DNA of 64,000 nucleotides from Sulfuricaulis sp. (GCF_041499725.1 NZ_JBGQKW010000002.1:37643-101642), one strand, 5' to 3'; positions 51,825 to 62,753 are shown, counted from the stretch's first letter. Notes: generated by a model from the sequence alone, not told the origin. Numbers and translations: made by a program.

Positions 51825-53554
51825 GCGAGTTCCCGGTCGGTCGGCACCACCGCCTTGCAAGGCTTGAGATGCATTTCGTGCTGGCCCTTGCCCGCGGCGA
51901 TCATCGGGTAGACGTTTTCGTTCTGGTCGGTGATGAAATCCAGGAACACCAGCCGGTCCTTCATCTTGAGCGCCTCCTTGAGCGCGCCCTCCACGTCGCC
52001 CGGCTTCTCGATCTTCATGCCGACATGGCCGTAGGATTCCGCGAGCTTCACGAAATCCGGCAACGCATCCATATAGGAATGCGAGTAACGGCGGTCATAG
52101 AAGAATTCCTGCCACTGGCGCACCATGCCCATGTAGCGGTTGTTCAGATTGATGATCTTGATGGGCAGGTCGTACTGCTTGCAGGTCGAAAGCTCCTGAA
52201 TGCACATCTGGATGGAAGCCTCGCCGGTCACGCAGCACACCGTCTCCTTGGGAAACGCCATCTTCACACCCATGGCCGCCGGAAGTCCGAAACCCATCGT
52301 GCCCAGGCCGCCGGAGTTGATCCATCGGCGCGGCTTGTCGAAGCGATAGAACTGCGCGGCCCACATCTGATGCTGGCCGACATCGGAAGTAATGAAGGCG
52401 TCGCCCTTGGTAATCTCGAAGAGCTTCTCGAGCACGTACTGCGGCTTGATGAGCTTGCTGTCGTGGTCGTAGTCGAGGCAGTTCATGGCACGCCACTGGT
52501 CGATCTGCTTCCACCAGGCGGCGAGCGCCTCCTTGTCCGGTTTCTTCTTGGAAGCCTTGATGAGCTTGATCATGTCGCGCATCACCGCCTCGGCGCCGCC
52601 GACGATGGGAATTTCCACCGGCACGTTCTTCGAGATCGAGGCCGGGTCGATGTCCACGTGGATGATGCGCGCGTGCGGACAGAACTTGTTGAGATCGCCG
52701 GTCACGCGGTCATCGAAACGCGCGCCGATGGCGATGAGCACGTCGCATTCGTGCATCGCCATGTTGGCCTCATAAGTACCGTGCATGCCGAGCATGCCCA
52801 TGAACAGCGGGTCGCTCGCGGGAAACGCGCCCAGCCCCATGAGCGTGTTGGTGCACGGATAAGCCAGCAGGCGCACGAGATCGGTGAGCGCCTCGGAGGC
52901 CTCGCCGAGTATCACGCCGCCACCGGTGTAGAACATCGGCCGGTGCGCGGCGAGCATCAGGTCGACCGCTTTCTTGATCTGGCCCGGATGTCCTTTCAAC
53001 ACCGGGTTGTACGAGCGCATGGTGACGCTCTTCGGGTATTCGTACTCGCACTTGTGCGCGGTGATATCCTTCGGGATGTCCACGAGCACCGGGCCGGGCC
53101 GGCCGGTGGTGGCGATGTAGAACGCCTTCTTGATGGTCGTGGCGAGGTCCTTGACGTCCTTCACCAGAAAGTTGTGCTTCACGCACGGGCGCGTGATGCC
53201 GACCGCATCCACTTCCTGAAACGCATCGTCGCCGATCAGGCTCGTCGCCACCTGGCCGCTGAACACCACGAGCGGGATCGAATCCATGTACGCGGTGGCG
53301 ATGCCGGTCACGGTGTTGGTCACACCCGGGCCAGAGGTCACGAGCACCACGCCGGGACGGCCGGTGGCGCGCGCGTAGCCGTCGGCCGCGTGTGCCGCGC
53401 CCTGCTCGTGCCGCACCAGGATGTGCTTCACCTTGTCCTGCCGGTAGAGCGCGTCGTAGATGTGCAGCGCCGCACCGCCAGGGTAGCCGAAGACATGCTC
53501 CACGCCTTCGTCTGCGAGGCAGCGGACAAAAATATCTGCGCCGGTTAATTCCAC
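51821..53554 (-). CDS. ilvB: Acetolactate synthase large subunit
   Basis: GTG 53554 with GAGGA RBS; FGYPGGA, RHEQGA, GLGTMGFG. Confidence 0.96.
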
Positions 53555-53570
53555 AATATCCTCAGGGAAT

Positions 53571-53608
53571 AAAAAAGCCCGCGCCAGCCCCAAACCGGGC
53601 GCGCGGGC
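53571..53608 (-). terminator. Attenuator terminator upstream of ilvB
   Basis: GCCCGCGC/GCGCGGGC stem plus TTTTTT, 17 nt before the start codon. Confidence 0.75.
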
Positions 53609-53669
53609 GTTAGCGGTTGCCGGTTTTAAAAATAAGAACTTACTTATAAGTACCCACAGGGTCAATAGT

Positions 53670-53782
53670 GCCGTGCATGGACGCACCAATGCCGCGAGAG
53701 AGCCGCTCCTGCGCATCCCTGCGCCCGCGGCATTCGTCCATCCTTGGACAGCACAGGGATGCCGCGAGCGGCCAAAGCGCAC
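53670..53782. repeat. REP-like CAGGGATG-family repeat between cysS and the ilv leader
   Basis: AATGCCGCG/CGCGGCATT inverted pair; CAGGGATG on both strands. Confidence 0.5.
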
Positions 53783-53794
53783 CTTAGAATAGAT

Positions 53795-55228
53795 TTACTG
53801 CCGGCGCCACGTGGTTTGACCGGCGGTGTCCTCCAGGATGATCCCCTGGGCCTTCAATTCGTCGCGGATACGGTCCGACTCAGCCCAGTTCCGGTTCTGG
53901 CGCGCCGCCGTACGCCGGGCGATCAGGGACTCGATCTGCTCGTCGGTCAGGCCGTCGGCCGTGCCACCGCGCAAAAACGCCTGGGGTTCGCGCTGCAACA
54001 GACCCAGGATACCACCCAGACGGCGCAGGGCGGCGCCGAGTGGCGTGGCGGCGGCCAATTTACCCTCCTCCCGCAGCTTGTTGATGTCGCGCGCCAGATC
54101 AAACAGCACCGCCAAGGCACCGGGCGTGTTGAAGTCATCGTCCATGGCGGCGTGAAATCTTTCATCATGCGCGGCGGTCCCCTCCGCCGATCGCTCTCGG
54201 CTTCCTGCCTCTCGCGACACTTGCACATCCCCGTGCATCGCCGGCAAGTCCTTGCGCGCGAGATACAGGCGGGTCAGCGCCGCTTTGGCGCCTTGCAGGT
54301 TTTCGTCGGAATAGTCGAGCGGGCTGCGGTAGTGGCTGCCCAGGATAAAATAGCGCACCACCTCCGGATCGAACTTCTTCAGCACCTCGCGCACCGTGAA
54401 GAAGTTGCCGAGCGATTTCGACATCTTTTCCTCGTTGAGGCGCACGAAACCGACGTGCATCCAGGTATTCACGAATTTCCCGCCGCTGGCCGCCTCGCTC
54501 TGGGCGATCTCGTTTTCATGATGCGGAAACTTGAGGTCCATGCCGCCGCCGTGGATGTCGAAGTGGTCGCCGAGACAGGCGGTGGACATGGCCGAGCATT
54601 CGATATGCCAGCCGGGTCGGCCCGCGCCCCAGGGCGAATCCCACTGCGGCTCGCCGGGCTTGGCCGCCTTCCACAGGACGAAATCGAGGGGGTCGTCCTT
54701 CTCCTCGCCGACTTCCACGCGCGCACCGATCTTGAGCTCATCCAGCGTCTTGCCCGACAGCGCCCCGTAGTGGGAAAACTTGCGCACGTGGTAGTACACA
54801 TCGTCATTCCTGGCCTGGTAGGCGAAGCCACGCTCGACGAGCTTCCCGATCATGCTCAAGATCTGCGGTATATGCACCGTGGCGCGCGGTTCGGCATCCG
54901 GCGGCAGCACGCCGAGGGCGGCGGCGTCCTGGTTCATCGCCTGGATGAAGCGCGCAGTCAGCGTGCCGATGTCCTCGCCGTTCTCCTGGGCGCGCTTGAT
55001 GATCTTGTCGTCGATGTCGGTGATGTTGCGGATATAGGTCACGTCGAAGCCGCGCGCGCGCAGGTAGCGCGCCACCATGTCGAACACCACCATCACGCGC
55101 GCATGTCCGAGGTGACAGAAATCGTACACCGTCATGCCGCAAACATACAGCCGGACCTTGCCGGGCGTGATGGGCGTGAAAGGATCCTTCTTCCGGGTAA
55201 GACTGTTATGGATATGGAGCATCGTCAT
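53795..55228 (-). CDS. cysS: Cysteinyl-tRNA synthetase
   Basis: [28 protein letters not shown]. Confidence 0.98.
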   Translation of the reverse strand: MTMLHIHNSLTRKKDPFTPITPGKVRLYVCGMTVYDFCHLGHARVMVVFDMVARYLRARGFDVTYIRNITDIDDKIIKRAQENGEDIGTLTARFIQAMNQDAAALGVLPPDAEPRATVHIPQILSMIGKLVERGFAYQARNDDVYYHVRKFSHYGALSGKTLDELKIGARVEVGEEKDDPLDFVLWKAAKPGEPQWDSPWGAGRPGWHIECSAMSTACLGDHFDIHGGGMDLKFPHHENEIAQSEAASGGKFVNTWMHVGFVRLNEEKMSKSLGNFFTVREVLKKFDPEVVRYFILGSHYRSPLDYSDENLQGAKAALTRLYLARKDLPAMHGDVQVSREAGSRERSAEGTAAHDERFHAAMDDDFNTPGALAVLFDLARDINKLREEGKLAAATPLGAALRRLGGILGLLQREPQAFLRGGTADGLTDEQIESLIARRTAARQNRNWAESDRIRDELKAQGIILEDTAGQTTWRRQ

Positions 55229-56641
55229 CTAGGGCACCGCAAACTTGGAGAGGCGCTCGCGGGCGCGCTCCACGCCGATCAACGGCAGCAGTTTCGCCAT
55301 CTCCGGCCCGTCGAGCTCGCCCGTGAGCGCCGCACGCAACGGCTGGAACAGCGATTTACCACTGACCGAAAGTGTTTGCCGCAGCATCTCGCTCACGGCC
55401 TTGAAGTCGGCTCCGTGCTTTTCCACCGCCCGGCGCGCCACATCGAAAAATTCCTCGCCGGCCGCCGTGATCGCCGCGCGCGCCGGATGACTGATCGTCA
55501 GCGTGTCGGAAAAAACAATCTGTGCCCAGCGTAATGCATCCGCCGGGAAAACGACGTTGGCGCGCACCGCGACCACGAACGCCTCGCGCTGGTCCGCCGG
55601 CACCAGGGCGCTGACCTTGTCACCCATCCAGTCGCCCACCTCGCCGGCCGACAGATGCAAAAGCGCTTCGCGCTGCCAGTGAACCAGATGCGCTTCGTCG
55701 TAGTGCGCCGGCGCGCGGTGCAATCGTGTCAGGGAAAAACTGGAAACGAGTTTATCAAGCGCCATGAAACGGTTGTCTTCATATGTGTGTCCGAGACGCG
55801 CGAGGTAATTGTGGATCGCGGTCGGCAGAAATCCGGCTTCGCGCAGTTCCTGCACGCTACGGCTGCCGGTGCGTTTAGACAGTGGCGCGCCGTCGGCGCC
55901 GACCACGAGCGCGATGTGGGCATAGTCCGGCAGCGGCAGGCCGAGCGCCTGCAACAGCAGGATCTGGCGCGGTGTGTTAGTCAAATGATCTTCGCCGCGC
56001 ACCACCAAGCTGACGCCCATCACGGCATCGTCGATGGCATTGCAGAAGAAAAACGCCGGCGTCCCGTCGGAACGACGGATGATGAAATCGCCGATGTCAT
56101 CGGTATTGAATACCTGCCGTTCGCGCACCTTGTCGTCGAACTCGACCGTTCGGCCTTCCTCGACGCGAAACCGCAGCGTCGCGGGCTCGCCGCGACCGAA
56201 CCGGGCCTCGGCTTCGGCGCGTGAGAGCGCGCGGCATTTGCCGGAGTAGCGCGGCGGGCGGGCAGCCGCGATCGCCGTCTTGCGCGCGATAGCGAGTTCG
56301 TGCTCGCTGCAAAAACAGGGATAGGCCAGCCCCCGGGATTCAAGGGCGGAAAAGTATTCCTTATAGACATGACCGCGCTCCGACTGGGCGTAAGGACCGT
56401 GATTGCCGCCAGTCTCCGGTCCTTCGTTCCAGTCCAGACCCAGCCAGCGCAGGTCCTCCTCCAGCGCCCGGGCGAATTTTTCATGCCCACGCATGGCATC
56501 GGTGTCTTCGAGGCGCAGCAGAAACGTCCCGCCGGCCTGTCGCGCCAGCAGATAATTGAACAACGCCGTGCGGATATTGCCGAGGTGCAGCAGGCCCGTG
56601 GGGCTGGGAGCAAATCGGGTCTTGAAGGGTCGCAAAGCCAT
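55229..56641 (-). CDS. gltX: Glutamyl-tRNA synthetase (GluRS2-like position and motifs)
   Basis: RFAPSPTGLLHLGN, YPCFC, RGEDH, PLSKR, LRAALTG anticodon domain. Confidence 0.9.
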   Translation of the reverse strand: MALRPFKTRFAPSPTGLLHLGNIRTALFNYLLARQAGGTFLLRLEDTDAMRGHEKFARALEEDLRWLGLDWNEGPETGGNHGPYAQSERGHVYKEYFSALESRGLAYPCFCSEHELAIARKTAIAAARPPRYSGKCRALSRAEAEARFGRGEPATLRFRVEEGRTVEFDDKVRERQVFNTDDIGDFIIRRSDGTPAFFFCNAIDDAVMGVSLVVRGEDHLTNTPRQILLLQALGLPLPDYAHIALVVGADGAPLSKRTGSRSVQELREAGFLPTAIHNYLARLGHTYEDNRFMALDKLVSSFSLTRLHRAPAHYDEAHLVHWQREALLHLSAGEVGDWMGDKVSALVPADQREAFVVAVRANVVFPADALRWAQIVFSDTLTISHPARAAITAAGEEFFDVARRAVEKHGADFKAVSEMLRQTLSVSGKSLFQPLRAALTGELDGPEMAKLLPLIGVERARERLSKFAVP

Positions 56642-56786
56642 GGGAAGGACGCCATGGTAACGGAAACCGCGGCTCCGGCGAACCCCCGGCGTTGTGCCGG
56701 GTGGGCCAATCCAGTGTAAACTCTCCGCAGGAAACCCGCCGGCGGCGGGGTCGGTTTCACTCACAAGCGCCCAAGAGTCCCATTCC

Positions 56787-57287
56787 ATGATTCACATGAA
56801 AACCAACTACGGCACCATCGTTCTGGAACTCAATCAGGACAAGGCGCCGAAGACCGTGGACAATTTCCTCGCCTACATGAAGGACGGCTTCTACGACGGC
56901 ACCCTGTTTCACCGCGTCATCGACAAGTTCGTCATCCAGGGCGGCGGTTTCGGCCCGGGCATGACGCAGAAGATGACCCGGCCGCCGATCGAAAACGAGG
57001 CCAATAACGGCCTGCGCAATGCCCGCGGCACCCTGGCCATGGCGCGCGCCACCGACCCGCATTCCGCCACCAGCCAGTTTTTCATCAACATCGGGGACAA
57101 CGACTTCCTCAACTACACCGCGCCCACGCCCTCCGGCTGGGGCTACTGTGTGTTCGGCAAGGTCGTGGACGGCATGCACATCATCGACCAGATCAAGGGC
57201 ATCGCCACCGGCACCAAGCTCGGTCACAAGGACGTGCCGCTGTCCGACGTGCTCATCGAGCATATGCAGATCCACGACGACAACTAG
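56787..57287 (+). CDS. ppiB: Cyclophilin-type PPIase
   Basis: FHRVIDKFVIQGGG, SATSQFFIN, GYCVFGKV. Confidence 0.95.
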   Translation: MIHMKTNYGTIVLELNQDKAPKTVDNFLAYMKDGFYDGTLFHRVIDKFVIQGGGFGPGMTQKMTRPPIENEANNGLRNARGTLAMARATDPHSATSQFFINIGDNDFLNYTAPTPSGWGYCVFGKVVDGMHIIDQIKGIATGTKLGHKDVPLSDVLIEHMQIHDDN

Positions 57288-57304
57288 GAGACCCAGGGAC
57301 AGAG

Positions 57305-58075
57305 ATGCCGGGAACCACGCTGTTCATTTCCGACCTGCATCTCTGCGGCGCGCGCCCCGCCATTACCGGGCTGTTCCTCGATTTTCTCCACCGCCGCGCG
57401 CGCGCGTCCGACGCGCTCTACATCCTCGGCGATCTGTTCGAATACTGGATCGGTGACGATGCCGTCGAACAGGAGGAGTTCCGTTCCGTCATCCACGGAC
57501 TGCGCGAACTGACGGCAAGCGGAACGCCGGTATTCGTGATGCACGGCAACCGCGACTTTTTGATGGGCGATGGCTTTGAAAAAGCCACCGGTGGCCGCCT
57601 GCTCAAGGACCCCGCGCGCATCGATCTCTACGGCACACCGACATTGCTGACGCATGGCGATTCGCTGTGCACCGATGATACCGAATACATGACTTTCCGC
57701 GCCAAGGTACGGAATCCCGCGTGGCAGAAGGAATTCCTCGGCAAATCCGTCGCGGAGCGCAACCGGATCGTGCGCGACTTCCGGGAAATCAGCAAAAATT
57801 CCACCGCCACCAAGAAACCGGAAATCATGGACGTGAACCAGAAGGCGGTGGAATCCGTCATGCGCGAGCACCGCGTGCAGCGCCTGATTCACGGACACAC
57901 GCACCGGCCGAAGGAACATGTATTCAATCTGGACGGCCCGCCCGCGCGGCGCATGGTGCTCGGCGACTGGTACGAGCAGGGCAGCGTGCTGAGCGTGGAC
58001 GCGCGCGGTTGGATGCTTGAGGGCTTGCCGCTTGGAAAATCAGTGAAAAGTGAAAAGATGAAAGTGAAAAGCTGA
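57305..58075 (+). CDS. lpxH: UDP-2,3-diacylglucosamine hydrolase
   Basis: DLH, GDLFE, HGNRD, HGHTH, LGDW. Confidence 0.96.
   Translation: MPGTTLFISDLHLCGARPAITGLFLDFLHRRARASDALYILGDLFEYWIGDDAVEQEEFRSVIHGLRELTASGTPVFVMHGNRDFLMGDGFEKATGGRLLKDPARIDLYGTPTLLTHGDSLCTDDTEYMTFRAKVRNPAWQKEFLGKSVAERNRIVRDFREISKNSTATKKPEIMDVNQKAVESVMREHRVQRLIHGHTHRPKEHVFNLDGPPARRMVLGDWYEQGSVLSVDARGWMLEGLPLGKSVKSEKMKVKS
58041..58075 (+). repeat. GTGAAAA-type heptamer tandem repeat forming the lpxH 3' end
   Basis: AGTGAAAAGTGAAAAGATGAAAGTGAAAAGCTGA encodes SVKSEKMKVKS*. Confidence 0.55.
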
Positions 58076-58111
58076 ATCCACTCATGCAGACACCTTTACA
58101 CTCTATATTCT

Positions 58112-58819
58112 TCACTTTGCTCTCAACTCCTCCAGCGTCAGCCGCTTGTACTCCGCCGGCAACTTGAGCATGTCGGCCGTGGCGCGGAAATCGGTCTTGT
58201 AATCCACCAGTTCCATCGTCCGGCCCGTCATGTCCGTCAGCCGCACCGGAAAGCCGTGTTCCAGATGGCGCACGGGCAGAAAAACATTGTTGGCCAGATC
58301 GCAGGGCGACTGCATCTCGGGCGGCGTCGCCGCCGCCGTCAGCGCCTGCTGCCCGGCCAGAATCAGGCGATATTCGCGCAAGGCCACGACCGCCTCGGGC
58401 AACAGGCCTTCCGCGGCATACAGGTCATAACAGCGCTTTTCATTCGTCAGCAGTTCGTAATGCGTGACTTGGCGTCCGGCGACAGCAGGATACGCGGCCG
58501 TATCGGTCACCACCCGGTGCGCGAATTTCGCCGGTGGCTTCAGTTCCACCGGCCGCGGGCGGATCACCAGCACCTGCTTGTCGGCGCTGCTGACGCTGTA
58601 GATGCTGCCGTCGGCGCGGTCGAACAGCAGAAAATCCTGGCTGTCCTGTCCCCCGTCCATGCGCAGGAACCCCGCCGTGACAATCATGCGCGTGCGATAC
58701 GGCTCTCCCCCCGGCTCGTGCTCGACAAAATAAAGCACGGCCGCGGGCGTGGTCAGTTCGGAGCAGGAAATCAGCGCCGTCAGAAAAAAACATCCACACA
58801 GAAATAAACGCCGGGTCAT
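58112..58819 (-). CDS. Hypothetical lipoprotein (DUF4412-like)
   Basis: LISC lipobox; beta-rich body. Confidence 0.65.
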   Translation of the reverse strand: MTRRLFLCGCFFLTALISCSELTTPAAVLYFVEHEPGGEPYRTRMIVTAGFLRMDGGQDSQDFLLFDRADGSIYSVSSADKQVLVIRPRPVELKPPAKFAHRVVTDTAAYPAVAGRQVTHYELLTNEKRCYDLYAAEGLLPEAVVALREYRLILAGQQALTAAATPPEMQSPCDLANNVFLPVRHLEHGFPVRLTDMTGRTMELVDYKTDFRATADMLKLPAEYKRLTLEELRAK

Positions 58820-58825
58820 CGACCG

Positions 58826-60070
58826 TCAGTTTCCGGGTATTGATCTCAATCCCAGCATGATATCCATGACATTGGTCCCGGTCGGTCCGGTCTGTATCAG
58901 ATCGCCGCTCGCTTCCAGAAAACTCCCGGCGTCGGCGCGCGCCAGAGATTGCCGCGCATCCAGACCGGCCTGCGCACCGCGCGCGATGGTGCCGCCATCC
59001 ACCAGCGCACCGGCGTCTTCCGTGGGGCCGTCCGTGCCATCGGTGCCGGCGGCGAGGAACCACGTATCATCGTTCCCTTGAAGCATCATCGCCGCGGCCA
59101 GCGCGAGGCTCTGGTTGCGCCCGCCGCGGCCCGGCGATTCCGGAAGCCGGACGGTGGTCTCGCCGCCCCAGACATGAACCGTGCCGGGTTCCGCTCGTAA
59201 CAATTTTTTCGCCAGTCTGGCGCCTGCTTCCAGGGCATCGCCGGAAACAAATGAGGTCTCCAGCATGATCTGGTAACCCAACTCCTTGGCGGTTTCCACC
59301 GCGGCACTCTTGGCATTATCGAGGGTAGCGACGATTTCGCGTTTTACATTCTGGAAACAGGCGTCGTCGGGCGCCGGCGCGGGCGGCATGTGCTTCAGGG
59401 CCTCGGTAATAAAATCCGGCAGATCCCGAAGCGTCAGCGGCCGGCGCAGATCCTCGTCCGCCACCAGCGGACCGGAACCGATCGCGCGCAGGTCGTTGCC
59501 GGGCACGTCCGATACCACCAGGCACAGAACCCGCCGGGGAGAAAGCAGCTTGGCAAGCCGACCGCCCTTCAGACGGGACAAGCGCCGGCGGATGCGATTG
59601 TAGTCATTGATATCCAGGCCCGAGCTGAGCACCCAGCGGTTGATTTTCTGAAACTGATCGAGGCTGATCTGCGGCGGCAATGCTTCGACCAAAGCCGAAG
59701 CGCCACCGGAGATCAATACGAGTACCGCGGCGTCCTGCGGAATCCGGCCTACGAACGCCAGCAACTTCCGGCCAGCCTCGAGGCTGGATTCATCCACCAG
59801 CGGATGCCCCGCTTCCAGCACCGGCCAGGGAAGCGGTTCGGCATGCCCTTTTTTGGTGATGATCAGCGCATCGGCAATGCGCTTGCCCAACGCATCCTGC
59901 GCGCCTTGGGCCATGGCGCCGGCGGCCTTGCCCACCGCCACCATATATATGTTTCCGGGAAGCGGTCTTTCCTCCAAGCGTGCGCGCACGCAGCTGCGGC
60001 CATTGACCACGGCCAGCGCGGACTGGAAGATGCGCAGAAGATTTTCCCGATGGCCGGATGACGCTGACAT
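58826..60070 (-). CDS. Glycerate kinase type 2 (DUF4147/MOFRL)
   Basis: LISGGASAL, IGSGP, GGETTV, GGRNQ, TDGTDG, GPTGTNVMD. Confidence 0.93.
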   Translation of the reverse strand: MSASSGHRENLLRIFQSALAVVNGRSCVRARLEERPLPGNIYMVAVGKAAGAMAQGAQDALGKRIADALIITKKGHAEPLPWPVLEAGHPLVDESSLEAGRKLLAFVGRIPQDAAVLVLISGGASALVEALPPQISLDQFQKINRWVLSSGLDINDYNRIRRRLSRLKGGRLAKLLSPRRVLCLVVSDVPGNDLRAIGSGPLVADEDLRRPLTLRDLPDFITEALKHMPPAPAPDDACFQNVKREIVATLDNAKSAAVETAKELGYQIMLETSFVSGDALEAGARLAKKLLRAEPGTVHVWGGETTVRLPESPGRGGRNQSLALAAAMMLQGNDDTWFLAAGTDGTDGPTEDAGALVDGGTIARGAQAGLDARQSLARADAGSFLEASGDLIQTGPTGTNVMDIMLGLRSIPGN

Positions 60071-60144
60071 GGATGCGCAGATTATCCGGTTAACCGTCGA
60101 AGGACAAACCCGTGCGCCTGTGGAGCCTGCATCCCGCCATGTGG

Positions 60145-60594
60145 CTATCCGATCATTTCCTGAAAAAACCGGCGCCAGACATCATCAGGCTCCCAGATAG
60201 CTAGCACATCGGGCATGACGGCCTCCGCCGACCATCCCTGCCGTAATTGACGATACAGCGCCATGAACGCCGACACGCGCTTGTTGGCGGCGCAATGCAC
60301 GAAGATACGCTTGCCTGTCATTTCATCCATGACTTCGAAAAAGCGTTCGAGGTCGGCGCGTAACGGTCGCTCCCACACGACGGGAATGTGTATGTATCGC
60401 ATGCCGGTGGATTCGACGGTTCTGCGCTCGTCGGGCAAGGAGTATTCCGCGTCGTGCAGGGCGAGATTCACCACGGCTTCGAATCCCGCGTGCGCCACGG
60501 CGGCCAGTTCTTCTTCGGACGGCTGGCCGGCCGTGGCAATGAGATCCGTCAGGCGGCGGTAGTTGTAGATTCCCTGTAGCGCAGATTCGTCCAC
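60145..60594 (-). CDS. PTP-superfamily phosphatase-like protein (DUF442-type)
   Basis: TAGQP, VHCAANKR (CX5R P-loop). Confidence 0.85.
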   Translation of the reverse strand: MDESALQGIYNYRRLTDLIATAGQPSEEELAAVAHAGFEAVVNLALHDAEYSLPDERRTVESTGMRYIHIPVVWERPLRADLERFFEVMDEMTGKRIFVHCAANKRVSAFMALYRQLRQGWSAEAVMPDVLAIWEPDDVWRRFFQEMIG

Positions 60595-60602
60595 GGCGCG
60601 GG

Positions 60603-62105
60603 CTAACCGAGCGTCGGCATCGACAGGCTGGAGGGGGGCTGGTCCTCGACCGCCGGCCAGCGGCTTGTGACGACCTTGCTGCGGGTGTAGAAATACACAC
60701 CTTCCATGCCGTGCACGTGCAGGTCGCCGAACAGCGAGGCCTTCCAGCCGCCGAAGGAGAAAAACGCCATCGGCACCGGGATCGGCACGTTGATGCCGAC
60801 CATGCCCACTTCGATGTCGCGTTCGAAGCGGCGTGCGTGCGCGCCGGAACGGGTGAAGATCGCGGTGCCGTTGCCGTAGGGATTGCCGTTGACCAGATGG
60901 ATGGCTTCATCGAGCGTATGGGTGCGCAGTACGATCAGCACCGGCCCGAAGATTTCCTCTTCGTAAATGGCCATGTCAGCGGTGACGTGATCGAACAGCG
61001 TCGGTCCGAGATAAAAACCCTGTTCCCGGCCGGAAACCTTGAGCCCGCGTCCATCGAGCACCAGCTTCGCGCCCTCGGTGACGCCGCTATCGATCAACTT
61101 CCGCACGCGGTCGCGATGCGCGGCCGTGATCACCGGACCCATGTCGATGCCTTCCTGTTCGCCCGGCCCGACCTTGATCTTCGCGGCCCTGTCGCGCAGC
61201 TTGCCGACCAGCGCGTCGCCGACCGCACCCACGGCCACGACCGTCGAGATGGCCATGCAACGCTCGCCCGCCGAACCGTAGGCCGCGCCGGTCAGCGCGT
61301 CCGCGGCGAAGTCGAGATCGGCATCCGGCATCACCACCGCGTGATTCTTCGCCCCGCCCAGGGCCTGCACGCGTTTGCCGTGGCGCGCCGCGGTTTCGTA
61401 GATATATTTGGCCACGGGTGTCGAACCGACGAAGGACACCGCGCGCACGTCGGGATGCGTGAGCAGCGCATCCACCGCCTCCTTGTCGCCGGGAATCACG
61501 TTGAACACGCCCGCCGGCAGGCCGGCCTCGTGAAACAGCTCGGCCATGCGCAAGCTCGCCGAAGGCACCTTCTCGGAAGGCTTCAAAATAAATGTGTTAC
61601 CGCAAGCGATGGAAACCGGGAACATCCACAGCGGCACCATCACCGGAAAGTTGAACGGCGTGATGCCGGCGCATACGCCCACCGGCTGCAGCAGCGAATG
61701 ACAGTCCACGCCGCGGCCCACGTCTTCGGCCTTTTCGCCCTTGAGCAGATGCGGCACGCCCATGGCGAACTCGATCACCTCGATGCCGCGCTGCAGCGAA
61801 CCAGCGGCGTCCTCGCGCGTCTTGCCGTGCTCCTCGCAGGTCAGGTGAACGAGTTCATCGCGATGCTGCTGCATCAACTCGCGAAACCGCATGAGGATAC
61901 GCGCGCGCCGCAGCGGCGTGGTATCGCGCCAGCCGGGAAACGCCGCGCGAGCCGCCGCCACCGCCAAACTCACATCCTGCTTGCTGGCCAGCGGCGCGCG
62001 CCGAATGACTTGGCCGGTCGCCGGGTTATAAATGTCGGCCGTGCGCGAACTCGTGCTCGCCTGCGCCTTGCCATTGATCCACAGGGATAAGACCGGTTGC
62101 GTCAT
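60603..62105 (-). CDS. mmsA: CoA-acylating (methyl)malonate-semialdehyde dehydrogenase
   Basis: ITPFNFP, GGAKNH, GERCMA, EEIFGPV, GMVGINVPIPVP. Confidence 0.95.
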   Translation of the reverse strand: MTQPVLSLWINGKAQASTSSRTADIYNPATGQVIRRAPLASKQDVSLAVAAARAAFPGWRDTTPLRRARILMRFRELMQQHRDELVHLTCEEHGKTREDAAGSLQRGIEVIEFAMGVPHLLKGEKAEDVGRGVDCHSLLQPVGVCAGITPFNFPVMVPLWMFPVSIACGNTFILKPSEKVPSASLRMAELFHEAGLPAGVFNVIPGDKEAVDALLTHPDVRAVSFVGSTPVAKYIYETAARHGKRVQALGGAKNHAVVMPDADLDFAADALTGAAYGSAGERCMAISTVVAVGAVGDALVGKLRDRAAKIKVGPGEQEGIDMGPVITAAHRDRVRKLIDSGVTEGAKLVLDGRGLKVSGREQGFYLGPTLFDHVTADMAIYEEEIFGPVLIVLRTHTLDEAIHLVNGNPYGNGTAIFTRSGAHARRFERDIEVGMVGINVPIPVPMAFFSFGGWKASLFGDLHVHGMEGVYFYTRSKVVTSRWPAVEDQPPSSLSMPTLG

Positions 62106-62123
62106 GGTGCACCTCTTCGAATA

Positions 62124-62753
62124 TCAGCCAACGATGATAATCAATACGCGATAGGGCCCATGCGCACCGAGCGTCACGGTCTGCTCGATGTCCGCCGTGC
62201 GCGAGGGGCCGGAAATGAAATTTACCGCGCGCGGCAACGCGCCCCGTTCAACGCGCAGCCGGTCCCACGCCTGCTCCATCGTCGCGACGATGCGTCCGGC
62301 CTCGACCACGGCGATGTGCGTCTCCGGCAACAGGCTGACCGTGGCCGGCGTCTGCGCGCCGGAAAGCAGCATCAGCGTGCCGGTCTCGGCGATACCGAGA
62401 AACGCACCGGTGATGCCGACCAGATCGTCGCCGCGCGCGGCGCGTGGTTCGATCTCGATACCGGCATCCCGCCAGTCGAGCGACGCCAGGGCCGGCCAGC
62501 TTACTCCCTTCATCGGCAAATCGCGTTCGCGCAGGTAGCTCGCGACCAAGCCTGGAACTTCCGTAACGGTTCCAGCCTGGGTAACGTCACTGGCGAGCTT
62601 TACGGCGCGTTCGCTGAACAGCTTTACCAACTCATTATCCAGCGTTGGTATCGGCCCACGTTGATGACGGCGTATCGCCAGGTCGACATCCACGGCCGCG
62701 GCCGGACCGCGCACCTTGCCGATCCGCGCCAGGATATTCTCGCGCGCACTCAT
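62124..62753 (-). CDS. lutC: Lactate utilisation protein C (LutC/YkgG)
   Basis: IAETGT, SLLPETH, ISGPSRTADIEQ..GAHGP. Confidence 0.9.
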   Translation of the reverse strand: MSARENILARIGKVRGPAAAVDVDLAIRRHQRGPIPTLDNELVKLFSERAVKLASDVTQAGTVTEVPGLVASYLRERDLPMKGVSWPALASLDWRDAGIEIEPRAARGDDLVGITGAFLGIAETGTLMLLSGAQTPATVSLLPETHIAVVEAGRIVATMEQAWDRLRVERGALPRAVNFISGPSRTADIEQTVTLGAHGPYRVLIIIVG

